64,000 bases of DNA, taken from the NCBI RefSeq assembly GCF_964213995.1, contig NW_027590536.1, forward strand, positions 186,001 through 250,000. The letters run 5' to 3'. Shown piece by piece: positions 49,791 through 63,405 of the stretch. The position numbers and the translations under genes were made by a program. The notes under the pieces are model-generated. The model made no database searches. It saw only the letters and a program-made list of their open reading frames with translations, and was not told the origin of the DNA. This stretch comes from Mustelus asterias. Its lineage: Eukaryota. How positions within the stretch are numbered: the stretch's first letter is position 1; each line of letters begins with the position of its first letter.

Positions 49791-50833
49791 ATCTGAAAAG
49801 GAAGAATGTGCAGGATTACAGGGAGAAGGCGGGAGAATGGAATTAGGCGAGTTGTTCATTCGGAGAGCTGGTGCACACATGATGGGCCAAATGGCCTCCT
49901 TCTGCATCAAAACTATTTGGTGATTCTGGTGAAATCCTTAAAAACTGTAATTGCTGGAACAAAACTCAGCAGGTTCAGCAGCATCTGTGCAGAGAGAGAG
50001 AAACAGAGTTAACATTTCAGGCCAGTGACCTTTCCTGTGAACTGGGGAAAGCCAGAAATGTAACAGGTTTGGAGAAAGGGGCGGGTGGGACAGGGACTAA
50101 AGGAAGGGTGGAAGACAGGAGAGATTGAATGAGAGAAAAGTGAATCACCCCCAGAGCCAAAGGGAATGGAGATGGAGCGAGAGAAGAAAGAGGGAAACAG
50201 AAGCTGTGCCTGGAGCAGGGGGGCTGCCGACTGAAAGAAAGAAAAGTGAAACAATCAAAGAAAAAGAAACAGAACGGGCTGAGAGTTTACTCTCTGAAAC
50301 TGTTGGACTGAATGTTGGGTCCAGAAGGCTGTAAAGTGTGGAGGGGATGGGTCAGTGGGAGGATCTTCTCCTGGACCTGCTGCAGACCCTGGTTAGAACA
50401 GTAATCCAGGATGGGTGGGGCTGAAGGGGATGGCGGGGGTCACTCTGACAGATCTTCTGTGGTCTTGTCTGTGCCCAGGTGACCCTGGAGAGGGAGATTC
50501 TATCGGGGGTTTGTTGCTGATTAGTTTGATTTAATCACAAGTTTGGGGAAACGAGAGGAAAGAATGTTCCAGAGAAACTGGAATTGTCTATTCTGAATTT
50601 CTATCCTGCACTGATAGTGACACTGACACTGTCAACTCTTTTTACAGGGGATTAGAAGGGGAGGATTTACTGATAGAAAACTCAGATCAAACATCTGACA
50701 GTCACTCATTTCATCAGGACCTGAATTTCACAGACGTTTGGCACAGAAGGCCATTTGGCCCATCATGTCTGTGTCTGCTCCCCAAGTGAGCATTAAGGCA
50801 TAGTGCCATTCTCCTGCCTTTTCTCCATGCTAG

Positions 50834-51460
50834 TGAATTTCATAAGCTATCCAGCTCTTGGCTCCCCCAAGAGACCAAATGAAGATTTTCGGAGTCTAAA
50901 ATTGCCCTTTATTCAAGTTAAAGCAGGGCAAACTGGTTTCCACACACATGGCGACAGACTGCCAGAACAAAGGAATACTATTGCAATCATACCTTTAGGA
51001 TCAACTACAGGTAATTAACATACACAGATTGAAATTGTACACTGATTTAAAGGTACTCACTATCCAATCACAACTAATAGTTCTGATTACTTCATTTGTT
51101 TCCCACAGTGATGTTTAACCAATTACAGCAACTCTCCCCTTGCCTAATTGAAATATCCAATTATCAACAGGGCACGTACACATAGCTACATCATCAATAA
51201 ACACATGTCTATGGTCCTTGACGATCTGGCACCCTGAGTGCTGACATATGACTTCTATCAAAACACTGCAGTCTTGGGCTGTTATCTGAAAGCAGTGATG
51301 TTGTAGTTACAGCCTCTTGTGGCCTATCAAAGCCCCCTTGTCTATTGTTTGTGCAGCTGTGCCTTGCAGCTCCAGCAGTTTCCCAGGAACTTTGCTGCAT
51401 TGAATGATTTTTAACCCTTTCACCATCTATTAGTCCAGTGGACCTTCTCCGAACCATTTC
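50834..51460 (-). mobile_element. Possible solo LTR
   Basis: Non-coding unique block with a minus-strand AATAAA (TTTATT near 50908) about 75 bp from its end; boundaries uncertain. Confidence 0.3.
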
Positions 51461-51997
51461 TTACGCATTTACATCCTTTCTTAAATAAGGAGACCAATAA
51501 TACTCCAGGTGTGACCTCACCAGTGTTCTGTATAACCGAAGAATAACATCCCTTCTTTTGTAATTAATTCTCCTCACAATAAACAATAACATTCTATTAA
51601 CTTTCCTGATTACTTGCTGTACCTGCCTTTTCTGATTCATGCACAAGGACACCCAGATCCCTCTAAATCTCTCACTGTTTAGACAATATTCTTTGTATTT
51701 ATACTTCCTGCCAAAATGGACAATTTCGCATTTACCCACATTATACTACATTTGCCAGTTCTTTGCCCACTCACTTAACCTATGTCCCTTTGTAGCCTCC
51801 TCACATCCTCTTCACAACTTATTTTACTAATTATTTTATATCATCAGCAAATTTAGCAACCATACATTCAGTACCTTCATCCAAGTCATTGAAATAAATG
51901 GTAAAAAGATTCCAGCATTGAACCCAGTGGCACACCGCTCATCACATCCAGCCAACTAGAAAAATTCCTCTTTATGCCAACTCTCTTCTTCCTGTTA
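51460..51997 (-). mobile_element. Older CR1 fragment
   Basis: KCEIVHFGRK and LYRTLVRSHLEY motifs. Confidence 0.8.
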
Positions 51998-52145
51998 GTC
52001 ATAGAGTTATACAACACAGAAAAAGGCCATTCGACCCATCATTTCTATGCTGGTCAAAGACAAATCATCAAACTATTCTAATCCCATTTCCCAGAACTTG
52101 GACCGTTGCCTTGCATGTCTTGGTATCGCAAATGCACTTCTAAAT

Positions 52146-53602
52146 AAGCAACAAAGAAAATTACAGCACAGGAATAGGCGCCTCAGCCCTCCAAGCCTGC
52201 ACCGACCATGTTGCCTCACTGAACTAAAACCCCCTACCCTTCTGGGGGTCATATCCCTCTCTTCCCATCCTATTCATGTATTTGTCCAGATGCCCCTTAA
52301 AAGTCACTATCATATCTGCTTCCACTATCTCCCCTGGCAGCGAGTTCCAGGCACCCACCACCCTCTGAGTAAAAGAACTTGCCTCGTACATCTCCTTTAA
52401 ACCTTGCCCCTCGCACCTTAAACCTATGCTCCCGAGTAATTTGACTCTTCCACCCTGGGAAACTAACTATCCACTCTGTCAATGCCCCTACTAATCTTGT
52501 AGACTTCTATCAGATCGCCCCTCAACCTCTGTCTTTCCAGTGAGAACAAACCAAGTTTCTCCAACCTCTCCTCATAGCTAATGCCCTCCATACCAGGCAA
52601 CATCCTGGTAAATCTTTTCTGTACCCTCTCCAAAGCTGCCACATCTTTCTGGTAGCGTGGCGACCAGAATTGAACACTAGATTTCAAGTGCGGTGTAACT
52701 AAGGTTCTATAAAGCTGCAACATGACTTGCCAATTTTTAAACTCAACACCCCAGCCGATGAAGGCAAGCATGCCCTGTGCCTTCTTGACTACTTTCTCCA
52801 CCTGCATTGCCACTTTCAGTGACCTGTGTACCTGTACACCCAGATCCCTCTGCCTAGCAATACTCTTACGGTTTCTGCCATTTATTGTATATTTCCTGTC
52901 TTTATTAGACCTTCCAAAATGCATTACCTCACATTTGTCCAGATTAAACTCCACCTGCCATCTCTCTGCCCAAGTCTCCAACCGATGTATATCCTGCTGT
53001 ATCCCCTGATGGTCCTCATCACTATCCGCAATTCCACCAACCTTTGTGTCGACCGCAAACTTATCAAACCAGTTACATTTTCCTCCAAATCATTGATATA
53101 TATTACAAACAGCAAAGGTCCCAGCACTGATCCCTGAGGAACGCCACTGGTCACAGCCCTCCATTCAGAAACGCACTCTTCCACTGCTACCCTCTGTCTT
53201 CTTTGACCAAGCCAGTTTTGTATCCATCTTGCCAGCTCACCTCTGATCCCATGCGACTTCACCTTCTGCACAAGTCTGCCATGAGGGACCTTGTCAAAGG
53301 CCTTACTGAAGTCCATGTGGACAACATCCACTGCCCTACCCTCATCAACCATCTTCGTCACTTCCTCCAAAAACTCGATCAAGTTAGTGAGACATGACCT
53401 CCCCTTCACAAAACCATGTTGCCTCTCACTAATACATCCACTTATTTCCAAGTGGGAGTAAATCCTGTCTCGAAGAATACTGCCCAATAATTTCCCTATC
53501 ACTGAAGCAAGGCTCACTGGCCTGTAATTACCTGATTATTCTTGCTACCCTTCTTAGACAAAGGAACAACATTGGCTATTCTCCAATCCTCTGGGACCTC
53601 CC
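52146..53602 (-). mobile_element. CR1 LINE, same subfamily as 4537-6677
   Basis: Closely similar RT peptides ([18 protein letters not shown]). Confidence 0.93.
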
Positions 53603-53603
53603 T

Positions 53604-54376
53604 GTAAAAAGTCTCACAACACCAGGTTAAAGTCCAACAGGTTTATTTGGTAGCAAAAGCCACTAGCTTTCGGAGCGCTCGCTGCTCCTTCGTCAGGTGA
53701 GTGGGAGATGTGTTCACAAACAGGGCATATAAAGACACAAACTCAATTTACAAAATAACGGTTGGAATGCAAGTCTTTACAGGTAATCAAGTCTCAAAGG
53801 TACAGACAATGTGAGTGGAGAGAGCGTTAAGCACAGGTTAAAGAGATGTGTATTGTCTCCAGACAGGACAGTTAGTGTGATTTTGCAAGCCCAGGTAAGT
53901 CGTGGGGGTTACAGATAGTGTGACATGAACCCAAGATCCCGGTTGAGGCCGTCCTCATGTGTGTGGAACTTACCAAGCATTCTCCAACGCTTGGTAAGCG
54001 TTCCCCAAGGCGGCCTTCACGACACACGACAACACAGAGTCGCTGAGCAGAGACTGATAGCCAAGTTCGCACACAAGAGGACTAACTGTCCTGGCTGGAG
54101 ACAATACATATCTCTTGAACCTGTGCTTAGCCCTCTCTCCACTCACATTGTCTGTACCTTTAAGACTTGATTACCTGTAAAGACTCGCATTCCAACCATT
54201 ATTTTGTAAATTGTGTCTTTATATGCCCTGTTTGTGAACAGAACTCCCACTTACCTGATGAAGGAGCAGCACTGCGAAAGCTAGTGGCTTTTGTTACCAA
54301 ATAAACCTGTTGGACTTTAACTTGGTGTTGTGAGACTTATTGTGTTTACCCCAATCCAACACTGGCATCTCCACAT
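53604..54376. mobile_element. Internally deleted Penelope element with inverted arms
   Basis: Homologous to 33882-35646 in both orientations; GGLHDTRQHRVAEQRLIAKF remnant. Confidence 0.85.
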
Positions 54377-54499
54377 TTTGGAAATATATCGCCGTTCCTT
54401 CACAGTCGCTGGGTCAAAATCCTGGAATTCCCTCCCTATCAGCAGGGTGGATGTACCTGCACAACATGGACGGCAGTGGGTTCAGGTCCCATACATCAC

Positions 54500-55200
54500 A
54501 AAGGTGGACACTCCTGCGCCCCCTACAAACATGGCGATCGCACCCTGCTGCACATTGCCCCTTACAAAGATGCCGGCCGCACATGCGCACTGATAGACAT
54601 TGCCACCAACAGATTGGCGGCCGTCAGCCCAGGCCCAACACGACAAGTTGCGCCTCCAATTTGGTACCAACAGGGCGCCCGAGAAGTTATTTTCCGAAGT
54701 TTGGGTTGAACAACATGTTTACGAAGCCTCTCCACCCACCCGCCACATTCATCGCTCTCCGCGCGCCGCCCTCTACCTTGAACTGATCTCGGCTCCGAGT
54801 TAAAACCGTCCGTCCACCGCCATTACCCACACTGCGCATGCTTCAGACCCCTCCCCTATTCACTCTGGTTGGAGGACCAGCCGCTCCTGCTCGGTCCCCC
54901 AGCCCCGCCCCCTTTTCCTAGTGGTCCAGAGCTGCCGTCAATCAGTCCCCGGGCATTGTGACGTTGGGCATGCGCAGTGCGGCTCATGTCCAGGGACAGG
55001 CGCTTGTTTGTCTGATCTTCAGGCGGGAAGGAGGCGGATAAGCGGAGGCAGCGTTAGGGGCAGTGGGTGGGAGGGGAGGCTCCACACACCCAGTGGAGGC
55101 TTCAACACCCCCAATAAGGAACTAGCGGCACCGCCTCAACACCCAACACAACGGCAGCTGCAGCGCTTCCTCCCGGGGCCAGGCCCCACTGGACAAATGT
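54500..55200. promoter_or_regulatory. CpG-rich promoter-like region
   Basis: Several CATGCGCA motifs, TTACCCACACTGC (ZNF143-like) and a GC box; homologous to 35670-35850. Confidence 0.62.
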
Positions 55201-55227
55201 GGCTTCAGGAAGGAAATGCAGCAATGG

Positions 55228-55421
55228 GTTTGATTTGATTTATTGTCACATGTATTGGGATACAGTGAAAAGTATCGTTTCTTGCGCGGTATACAGATAA
55301 GTCATACTGTTCATAGAGTACATAGGGGAGTAGGAAAGGAGAGAGTGCAGAATATAGTGTTTCAGTTACAGAAAGGGTGAAGAGAAAGATCAGCTTAATA
55401 TGAGGTAGGTCCATTCAAAAG
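55228..55421 (-). mobile_element. Rex1/Babar 3' tail
   Basis: TTTGA-repeat + TTTATTGTCACATG tail, matching 62750-62910. Confidence 0.8.
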
Positions 55422-55423
55422 GA

Positions 55424-55703
55424 GCAGGCTTTGGAGAGGGTACAGAAAAGATTTACCAGGATGTTGCCTGGTGTGGAGGACATTAGCTATGAGGAGAGGT
55501 TGGAGAAACTTGGTTTGTTCTCACTGGAACAACGGAGGTTGAGGGGTGAACTGATAGAATTCTACAAGATTATGAGGGGCGTGGACAGAGTGGATAGTCA
55601 GAAGCTTTTTCCCAGGATGGAAGAGTCAATTACTAGGGGGCATAGGTTTAAGGTGTGAGGGGCGAGGTTTAATGGAGATGTTTGAGGCAAGTTTTTTACA
55701 CAG
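55424..55703 (+). mobile_element. CR1 fragment (4537 subfamily)
   Basis: ERVQKRFTRMLPG... Confidence 0.85.
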
Positions 55704-56678
55704 TCATAGTCATAGAGGTTTACAGCATGGAAACAGGTCCTTTGGCCAACTTGTCCATTAAGAAGTCTCACAACACCAGGTTAAAGTCCAACAGGTTTAT
55801 TTGGTAGCAAATACCTGGTATTTGCTACCAAATAAACCTGTTGGACTTTAACCTGGTGTTGTGAGACTTCTTACTGTGCTTACCCCAGTCCAACGCTGGC
55901 ATCACAACTTGTCCATGCCACCCTTTTTTAAAAAACTTCTAAGCTAATCCCAATTGCCCGCATTTGGCCCATATCCCTCTATGCCCATTGTGCCCATGTA
56001 ACTATCTAAATGCTTTTTAAAAGACAAAATTGTACCGGCCTCTACTCATAAGTCTGGCAGCTTGTTCCAGACACTCACCACCCTCTGTGTGAAAAAATTG
56101 CCCCTCTGGACACTTTTGTATCTCTCCCCTCTCTCCTTAAACCTATGCCCTCTAGTTTTAGACTCCCCTACCTTTGGGGAAAGATATTGACTATCGAGCT
56201 GATCTGTGCCCCTCATTGTTTTATAGACCTCTACAAGATCAACCCTCAGCCTCCGACGCTCCAGAGAAAAAAGTCCCAGTCTATCCAGTCTCTCCTTATA
56301 ACTCAATCCATCAAGTCCTGGTCGCATCCTAGTAAATCTTTTCTGCACTCTTTCTAGTTTAATAATATCCTTTCTATAATAGGGTGACCAGAATTACACA
56401 CAGTATTCCAAGTGTGGCCTTACCAATGTCTTGTACAACTTCAACAAAACATTCCAACTCCTGTATTCAGTGTTCTGACCGATGAAACCAAGCATGCCGA
56501 ATCCCTTCTTCACCACTCTGTCCATCTGTGACTCAATTTTCAAGGAGCTATGAACATGTACCCCAAGATCTCTTTGTTCTGTAACTCTCCCCAACGCCCT
56601 ACCATTAACTGAGTAAGTCCTGCCCTGGTTCAATCTACCAAAATGCATCACCTCGCATTTGTCTAAATTAAACTCCAC
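55704..56678 (-). mobile_element. CR1 3' fragment
   Basis: [13 protein letters not shown]; same subfamily as 61309-62402. Confidence 0.88.
55759..55904. mobile_element. Palindromic Penelope mini-element with a 12-bp TSD
   Basis: CAACTTGTCCAT at 55747-55758 and 55905-55916; near-perfect hairpin. Confidence 0.85.
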
Positions 56679-58389
56679 CCGCAAGTGGTTCTGATGTTAC
56701 AGAAAAATAACTTGGCAATAATAGTCAATTACAGCAAATCAGAAACCAGGAATGTTTCTAATCCTTCATTGACGGACATATTTGCCAATTAAATCTGAGC
56801 TTTTTGCCCTTTCGCATTCGATGAAAAATTGACTGCTGCTAATCCTTTATTTGCATAGCATATCCCCATATCTCGCCTTTGGTATTTGCTATGGAGAAAT
56901 CTGGTCTTGCTCACCCTCTGATGAAGGCCGAAAAGCAGAATGTTCTGGGGCCTACGTCGGTGAAGATTAGCCTGTTCATGCTGAAATAGCAGACACTGAC
57001 TCCTTTGAAGGTCTGCAAGCCGATAAACATTTTCACTCGCTGTTGAAGAGAAGGCAGGAAACTTTAATCTGAGCATTTCCACATAGTCAGCCCTGCTTCG
57101 TGCATGTGTTAGAGTGGGCCAAGGCTGAGGCAGCTGTCCTATATATATTTATAGAGAGAGAATAGACTAACATTTGAGTCTGGATGACCCTTTGTCAGAA
57201 CTCTGATGAAGGGCCATCCAGACTTTAAATGTTGGCTCCATTCTCTCTCCACAGATGCTGTCAGACCTGCTGACATTTTCCAGCATTCTCTGTTTTTGTT
57301 TCAGATTCCAGCATCCGCAATATTTTGCTTTTATATGTATTTATATATCCAAATGTGCTATGTTAACAAAATGGACAGTTACTAACCGAAGTATAAAGCA
57401 TTATGTGATTTAGCTGACTTGACCATAATCCTATAGTTATTCAGTCATTAAAGACACAGTCATGGAGCATTAAACTTGCTGAGCAGGGCCCCTTGTATCA
57501 ACACACAGGCAGCTGCTTTGTGAGACTGCGAGCAGAACAGACAAGTCAGAGATAAGAGTGTCTTGAGAAGAGAGATTCATTGTGAAGGATCAGGGACAGT
57601 TGATAAGATGTAGGAATTCTATGATTCTAATGAACATTCTTTCCTCTCTCATTCCCCAACAGCTGTAAATCTCCATCCCACACACTCTCCCTCCATTCTC
57701 ACTCTGCTGTATCTAATATTCACCCTCCCAATTCTCCTGAAGGTGCTGATTGAGGCTGATTGACAGATCCATGCTCACTGCTTCCTCTCCACCACACACA
57801 AATCATAAGAAACAGGAGCTGCAGTTGGATATTCAGCCCATCGAACTGCCTCAACCATTCATTGAGAATTGGCTGATCTACCGCAGCATCATTTCCCACG
57901 CTATCCCCCAGATAGAGAGAGAATAGAGCCAATGTTTCGAGTCTGGAGAGAGGAAAGAATGTTCCATAGAAACTAGAATTGTGTGTTCTGAATTTCTATC
58001 CTGCACTGACACTGATGATCTCTGTAAACTTGTTTTACAGGATACTGAAAGAGGAATCACAGGCCGAAATCTCAAACGTCACATCTAGATCTGACAGTCA
58101 TATTCCTTGGGACCTGAATATTATCGGCCTTTGTATCTTGAAGGAGAAATTGTTGTCTGGGCTGTCAGTTTGAAAAGATTTCAAATGTCAGTGTGACTGG
58201 AAAAGCAGCAACACACTGCCACACTAGAGTGAGAGTGTTCCAGTGCCCTGACTAAAGAGCTTTAACCAGTTACACAGCCTGAATAAATATCACACCATTC
58301 ACAGCGGGGAGAGACTGTACCCGTGTTCTGTGTGTGGACAAGGCTTCAACTGATTGTCCACCCAAGAGAGAGGCAAGGACACCTGCACC

Positions 58390-59148
58390 ATGGAGAAACC
58401 ATGGAAATGTGCGGACTGTGGGAAGAGATACGGAGCCCCTTCAGAGCTGGCAGCTCATCGGCGCAGCCACACTGGGGAGAAGCCATTCATCTGCTCTCAG
58501 TGTGAGAAGGGATTCAGTCAGTTATCCAACCTGCAGAGACACCAGCGAGTTCACACTGGGGAGAGACTGTTCACCTGCTCTCAGTGTGAGAAGGGATTCA
58601 GTCAGTTATCTGGCCTGCAGGCACACCAGCGAGTTCACACTGGGGAGAGGCCCTTCACCTGCTCTCAGTGTGGGAAGGGATTCACTGATTTATCCACCCT
58701 GCTGACACACCAGCGAGTTCACACTGGGGAGAGACCGTTCACCTGCCCTCAGTGTGGGAAAGGGTTCAGTCGATTATCTAACCTGCAGATGCACCTGCGT
58801 GTTCACACTGGGGAGAGGCCGTTCACCTGCTCTCAGTGTGAGAAGGGATTCAGTCAGTTATCCAGCTTGCTGACACACCAGCGAGTTCACACTGGGGAGA
58901 GGCCATTCACCTGCTCTCAGTGTGGGAAGGGATTCACTGATTTATCCACCCTGCGTAGACACCAGCGAGTTCACACTGGGGAGAGGCCGTTCACCTGCTC
59001 TCAGTGTGGGAAGGGGTTCAGTCAATTATCTGACCTGCAGATACACCAGCGAGTTCACACTGGGGAGAGGCCGTTCACCTGCTCTCAGTGTGGGAAGGGA
59101 TTCAAAGTTTCATCCCGGCTGCTGAGACACCAAAAAGTTCATGAATGA
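58390..59148 (+). CDS. C2H2 ZNF protein, 9 fingers (gene G, CSQC subfamily)
   Basis: ACCATGG start, 9 intact fingers and the 3' UTR block; closest paralog of gene C. Confidence 0.92.
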   Translation: MEKPWKCADCGKRYGAPSELAAHRRSHTGEKPFICSQCEKGFSQLSNLQRHQRVHTGERLFTCSQCEKGFSQLSGLQAHQRVHTGERPFTCSQCGKGFTDLSTLLTHQRVHTGERPFTCPQCGKGFSRLSNLQMHLRVHTGERPFTCSQCEKGFSQLSSLLTHQRVHTGERPFTCSQCGKGFTDLSTLRRHQRVHTGERPFTCSQCGKGFSQLSDLQIHQRVHTGERPFTCSQCGKGFKVSSRLLRHQKVHE

Positions 59149-59799
59149 TTCCAGGGGTTGGATTCTGCTGTTATTGTTTCTGCTCTCAATTACACCCAGG
59201 ACTGCATTTTGTTCATTCTCACAGTTGGTCAATGGGGAGGGGCGGAGGGTTTCTTTCTGCTGGACTGGCCGGTCTCATGACTTTGCCCCCAGTGGGCTGA
59301 TGCTCTTTGAGCCTCGTTGCGAATACCTGGTTTCAGATTTCACAAGGATCACAGAGTGACAGGGTGTGAGGAAGTTCAGAGAGGGCAATGGACAGCAGGG
59401 CGGTGGCCATCTTTATAGGGGGCAATGGGCAACAGGACACATGTGCAGCCGCCACCTCTATAGGAGGCAGTGGGCATTGATTCCAGAAGTTAGTTCCTGG
59501 CCTCCAGAATTGGTCCCTTTCCATTAAGCCACAGAAACATTGAATTATTGCACTACAGAAAATGACTAACCAGTCACGCATGTGCTGGTTCTCTGCAAGG
59601 AAATCAGCTCATCCCACTACCCTGTCTTTTCACTAACAAGACCAACAGAAAATATTTCCCATCCCCAATTACCTGTGGAGAAGATTATGTTTTATCTTCT
59701 TGATCAGCTGCAGTCCATGTGGTGAAGGTGCTCCCCTTTAGGTCAAGAGTTACAGGCTATTCACCCAGTGATGAAGAAGGGACAGTGATACATCTCCAA

Positions 59800-60368
59800 A
59801 TCAATAATTACAATGTGTATTTATACAGCATCTTTCATGTACTGGAACTTCTGAGGCATTTCTCAGGTGTGATATAAAGCAACATTTGACATAGAGTCAT
59901 GTGAGCAGACATGAGGGTGGATGGGTAAAGGCTTGGTTAAAGAGGTAGTTTTAATGAGTATCTTAAAGGGGGGAAGGATGATAGAGAGGGGGAGCAGTTT
60001 AGGGGGAAATTCCAAAGATTATGGCCTTGGTAACTGGGAGTGCGGACACGTATGATGGAGTGATTAAAACTGTGAATGCTGAGGAAGCCGGAATGAAAGG
60101 AATGCAGAGATATTGGAGGGTTGTGAGGCGAGAGGAGATTACAGAGATAGGGAGGGGTGAAACCATGGAGGGACTTGAGAACAAGGATGAGAAATTTAAA
60201 ATGTTGATTCGTAAACAGGAGCCTTTGTAGCACAGGGGTGATGGGTGAACAAGATCTGGAATGAGTAAACACGTGGGCAGCAGAATTGTGATGACCTCAA
60301 GTTAATAGACAGGTTGAGTGAGGGAGACCGGCCAGGGGTGTGTTAGAATTATTAAGTCTAATGGTAAC
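59800..60368 (-). mobile_element. L2 LINE 3' fragment
   Basis: PITPVL...FKFLILVLKSLHGFTPPYL motif. Confidence 0.75.
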
Positions 60369-60371
60369 AAG

Positions 60372-62910
60372 CACTCAGATCCTGCATGGATCAGCTGGCC
60401 GGGGTATTCGCAGACATCATCAACCTCTCTTTACAACAATCTGAGGTCCCTATCTGCTTCAAGAAGATGACCATCATCCCGGTACCAAAGAAAAGCCAAG
60501 CAGCGTGCCTTAATGACTTCCATCCGGTGGGTCTAACATCCATCATTATGAAGTGCTTCGAAAGGTTAGTCATGGCACGAATCAATTCCAGCCTCTCGGA
60601 CTGCCTGGATCCAATACAGTTCGCCTACCGCCCAACAAGTCCACAGCAGACGCCAATTCCTTGGCCCTGCACTCAACCATGGAACACCTAGATTACAAAG
60701 ACACCTATGTCAGACTCCTATTTATTGACTACAGTTCAGCCTTCAACATCATTATCCCCACGAAACTCATCTCCAAACTCCGTGGCCTGGGCTTGGCACC
60801 TTCCTCTGCAACTGGATCCTGAACTTCCTAACCAACAGACCACAATCAGTAAGGATAGGCAACAACACCTCCTCCATGATCATCCTCAACACCGATGCCC
60901 CACAAGGCTGTGTTCTCAGCCCTTACTATACTCCTTATACACCTATGATTGTGTGGCCAAATTTCCCTCCAACTCGATTTTCAAGTTTGCTGGTGACACC
61001 ACCGCAGTGGGTCGGATCTCCAACAATGACGAGACAGAGTACAGGAATGAGATAGAGAATCTGGTGAAATGGTGCGGCAACAATAATCTCTCCCTCAATG
61101 TCAACAAAATGAAGGAGATTGCCATCGACTTAAGGAAACATAGTGGAGAACGTGTCCTGTCTACATCAACGGGGATGAAGTAGAAATGGTCGAAAGCTTC
61201 ATGTTTTTAGGTGCCCAGATCATTAACAACCTGTCCTGGTCCCCCCAAGCCAACACTATAGTTAAGAAAGCCCACCAACGCCTCTACTTTCTCAGAAGAC
61301 TAAGGAAAACCTCACGGGATCCAGGGTGAGGTAGCTAAATGGATACAAAATTGGCTTGATGACAGAAACCAGAGGGTGGTTGTAAAGGGCTGTTTTTCAA
61401 ACTGGAGACCTGTGACCAGCGGAGTGCCTCAAGTACCGGTGCTGGGTCCACTGTTATTTGTCATTTATATTAATGATTTGGATGAGAATATAGGAGGCGT
61501 GGTTTGTAAGTTTGCAGATGACACCAAGATTGGTGGCATAGTGGACAGTGAAGAAGGTTATCTCGGATTGCAACGGGATCTTGATCAATTAGGTCAGTGA
61601 GCTGACGAATGGCAGATGGAGTTTAATTTAGATAAATGTGAGGTATTGAATTTTGGTCGATTGAACCAGGGCAGGACTTACTCAGTTAATGGTAGGCCAT
61701 TGGGGAGAGTTACAGAACAAAGAGATCCAGAGGTACAGATTCATAGCTCATTGACAGTGGAGTCACAGGAGGACAGAGTGGTGAAGAAGGCATTCATCAT
61801 GCTTGGTTTCATTGGTCAGAACATTGAATACAGGAGTTGTTGAAGTTGGACACGACATTGGTAAGGCCACACTTGGAATACTGTGTTCAGTTCTGGTCAC
61901 CCTATTATAGAAAGGATATTATTAAACTAGAAGAGTGCAGAAGAGATTTACTGGGATGCTACCGGGACTTGATGGTTTGAGTTATAAGGAGAGGCTGGAT
62001 AGACTGGGACTTTTTTTCTCTGGAGCATAGAAGACTGAGGGGTGATTTTATAGAGGTCTATAAAATAATGAGAGGCATCAATCAGCTGGATAGTCAATAT
62101 CTTTTCCCAAAGGTAGGGGAGTCTAAAACTAGACGGCATAGGTTTAAGGTGAGAGGGGAGAGATACAAAAGGATCTAGAGGGGCAAAGTGTCTGGAACAA
62201 GCTGCCAGAGGTAGTAGTAGAGGTGGGTACAATTTTGTCTTTTAAAAAACGTTTAGACGGTTACATGGGTAAGATGGGTACAGAGGGATATGGGCCAAAT
62301 GCGGGCAATTGGGACTAGCTTGGGGGTTTAAAAAAAAAGCGCAGCATGGACAAGTTGGGCCTCAGGGCCTGTTTCCTTGCTGTAAACCTCTATGACTCTA
62401 TGAAATTTGGCATGTTAGCTATGACTCTCTCCAACTTTTACAGAAGCACCATAGAAAGCATTAGCATCAGCTTGGTATGGCTCCTGCTCTGCCCAAGACC
62501 GCAAAGAACTACAGAAGGTCGTGAATGTAGCCCAATCCATCACTCAAACCAGCCTCCCATCCATTGACTCTGTCTACATTTCCTGCTGCCTTGCTAAAGC
62601 AGCCGGCATAATCAAGGACCCCACACACCCCGGACATTCTGTCTTTCACCTTCTTCCGTCAGGAAAAAGATACAAAAGTCTGAGGTCACGTACCGACCGA
62701 CTCAAGGACAGCTTCTTCCCTGCTGCCATCAGACTTTTGAATGGACCTACGTTGCATTAAGTTGATCTTTCTCGACACCCTAGCTATGACTGTAGCACTA
62801 CAGTCTCATTTCCTTCTCTATGAACGGTATGCTTTGTCTGTATAGCGCGCAGGAAACAATACTTTTCACTGTATGTTAATACATGTGACAATAATAAATC
62901 AAATCAAAAC
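60372..62910 (+). mobile_element. Rex1/Babar LINE split by a CR1 insertion
   Basis: Rex RT at 60372-61308 resumes at about 62402 (AGACTAAGGAAA|GAAATTTGGC); AATCA-repeat tail. Confidence 0.9.
61309..62402 (+). mobile_element. CR1 LINE nested in Rex1
   Basis: WRPVTSGVPQ and FADDTK motifs; CTCTATGA-repeat tail. Confidence 0.9.
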
Positions 62911-63405
62911 AAAACAAAGGAATGGGTGATGGTTTCAGCCGCAGATGAACTGAGAGTAGACTGGAGTTGGGTGATGTTACTGAGGTGGAACTGGTCTTGG
63001 TAAGGATGTGGATTTGTGGTCAGATTCTCAGGTTGGGTGAAATATTTTGCTCTGGTTGTGGCTCAGTCTCAGACAGTTTCCGAGGAGAGGGATGGAGTCA
63101 ATGGGTAGAATTTGTAGCAGAGAGCGGTGACAATAACTGCAGTTTTCCCAGGATTAAAATGGAGGAAAATTCTAGCCCAGAGCTGGAGAGCTTTTTCAGG
63201 GAATCAAAGGATTCGGGGAGGGGGTGGGAAATTGGCGCTAAAAGCAGCTCAATTTAACAATCTGCATTTCTGTTTTTGAGAGTTCTCTCTCACTCCCTTT
63301 TTTCTGTTTTAAATCAGTTTCACAGGGCATTAGAAGGGGAAGATTTGCAGTCAGGGAAACAAACCAAACATCACATCAGGATCTGAATATCATCGGGTTT
63401 TTAAC

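Noticed and set aside
58390-59148. CRISPR-like pattern of constant repeat plus variable spacer
   Set aside because: It is finger linker versus recognition-helix coding sequence in a eukaryotic gene.
59270-59310. Selenocysteine readthrough of the conserved leader TGAs via a SECIS (ATGA...TGAT) in the 3' UTR
   Set aside because: The spacing is too short, ATGA is absent in the 617-850 copy, the TGAs are not at Cys positions, and the leaders carry other stops and frameshifts.
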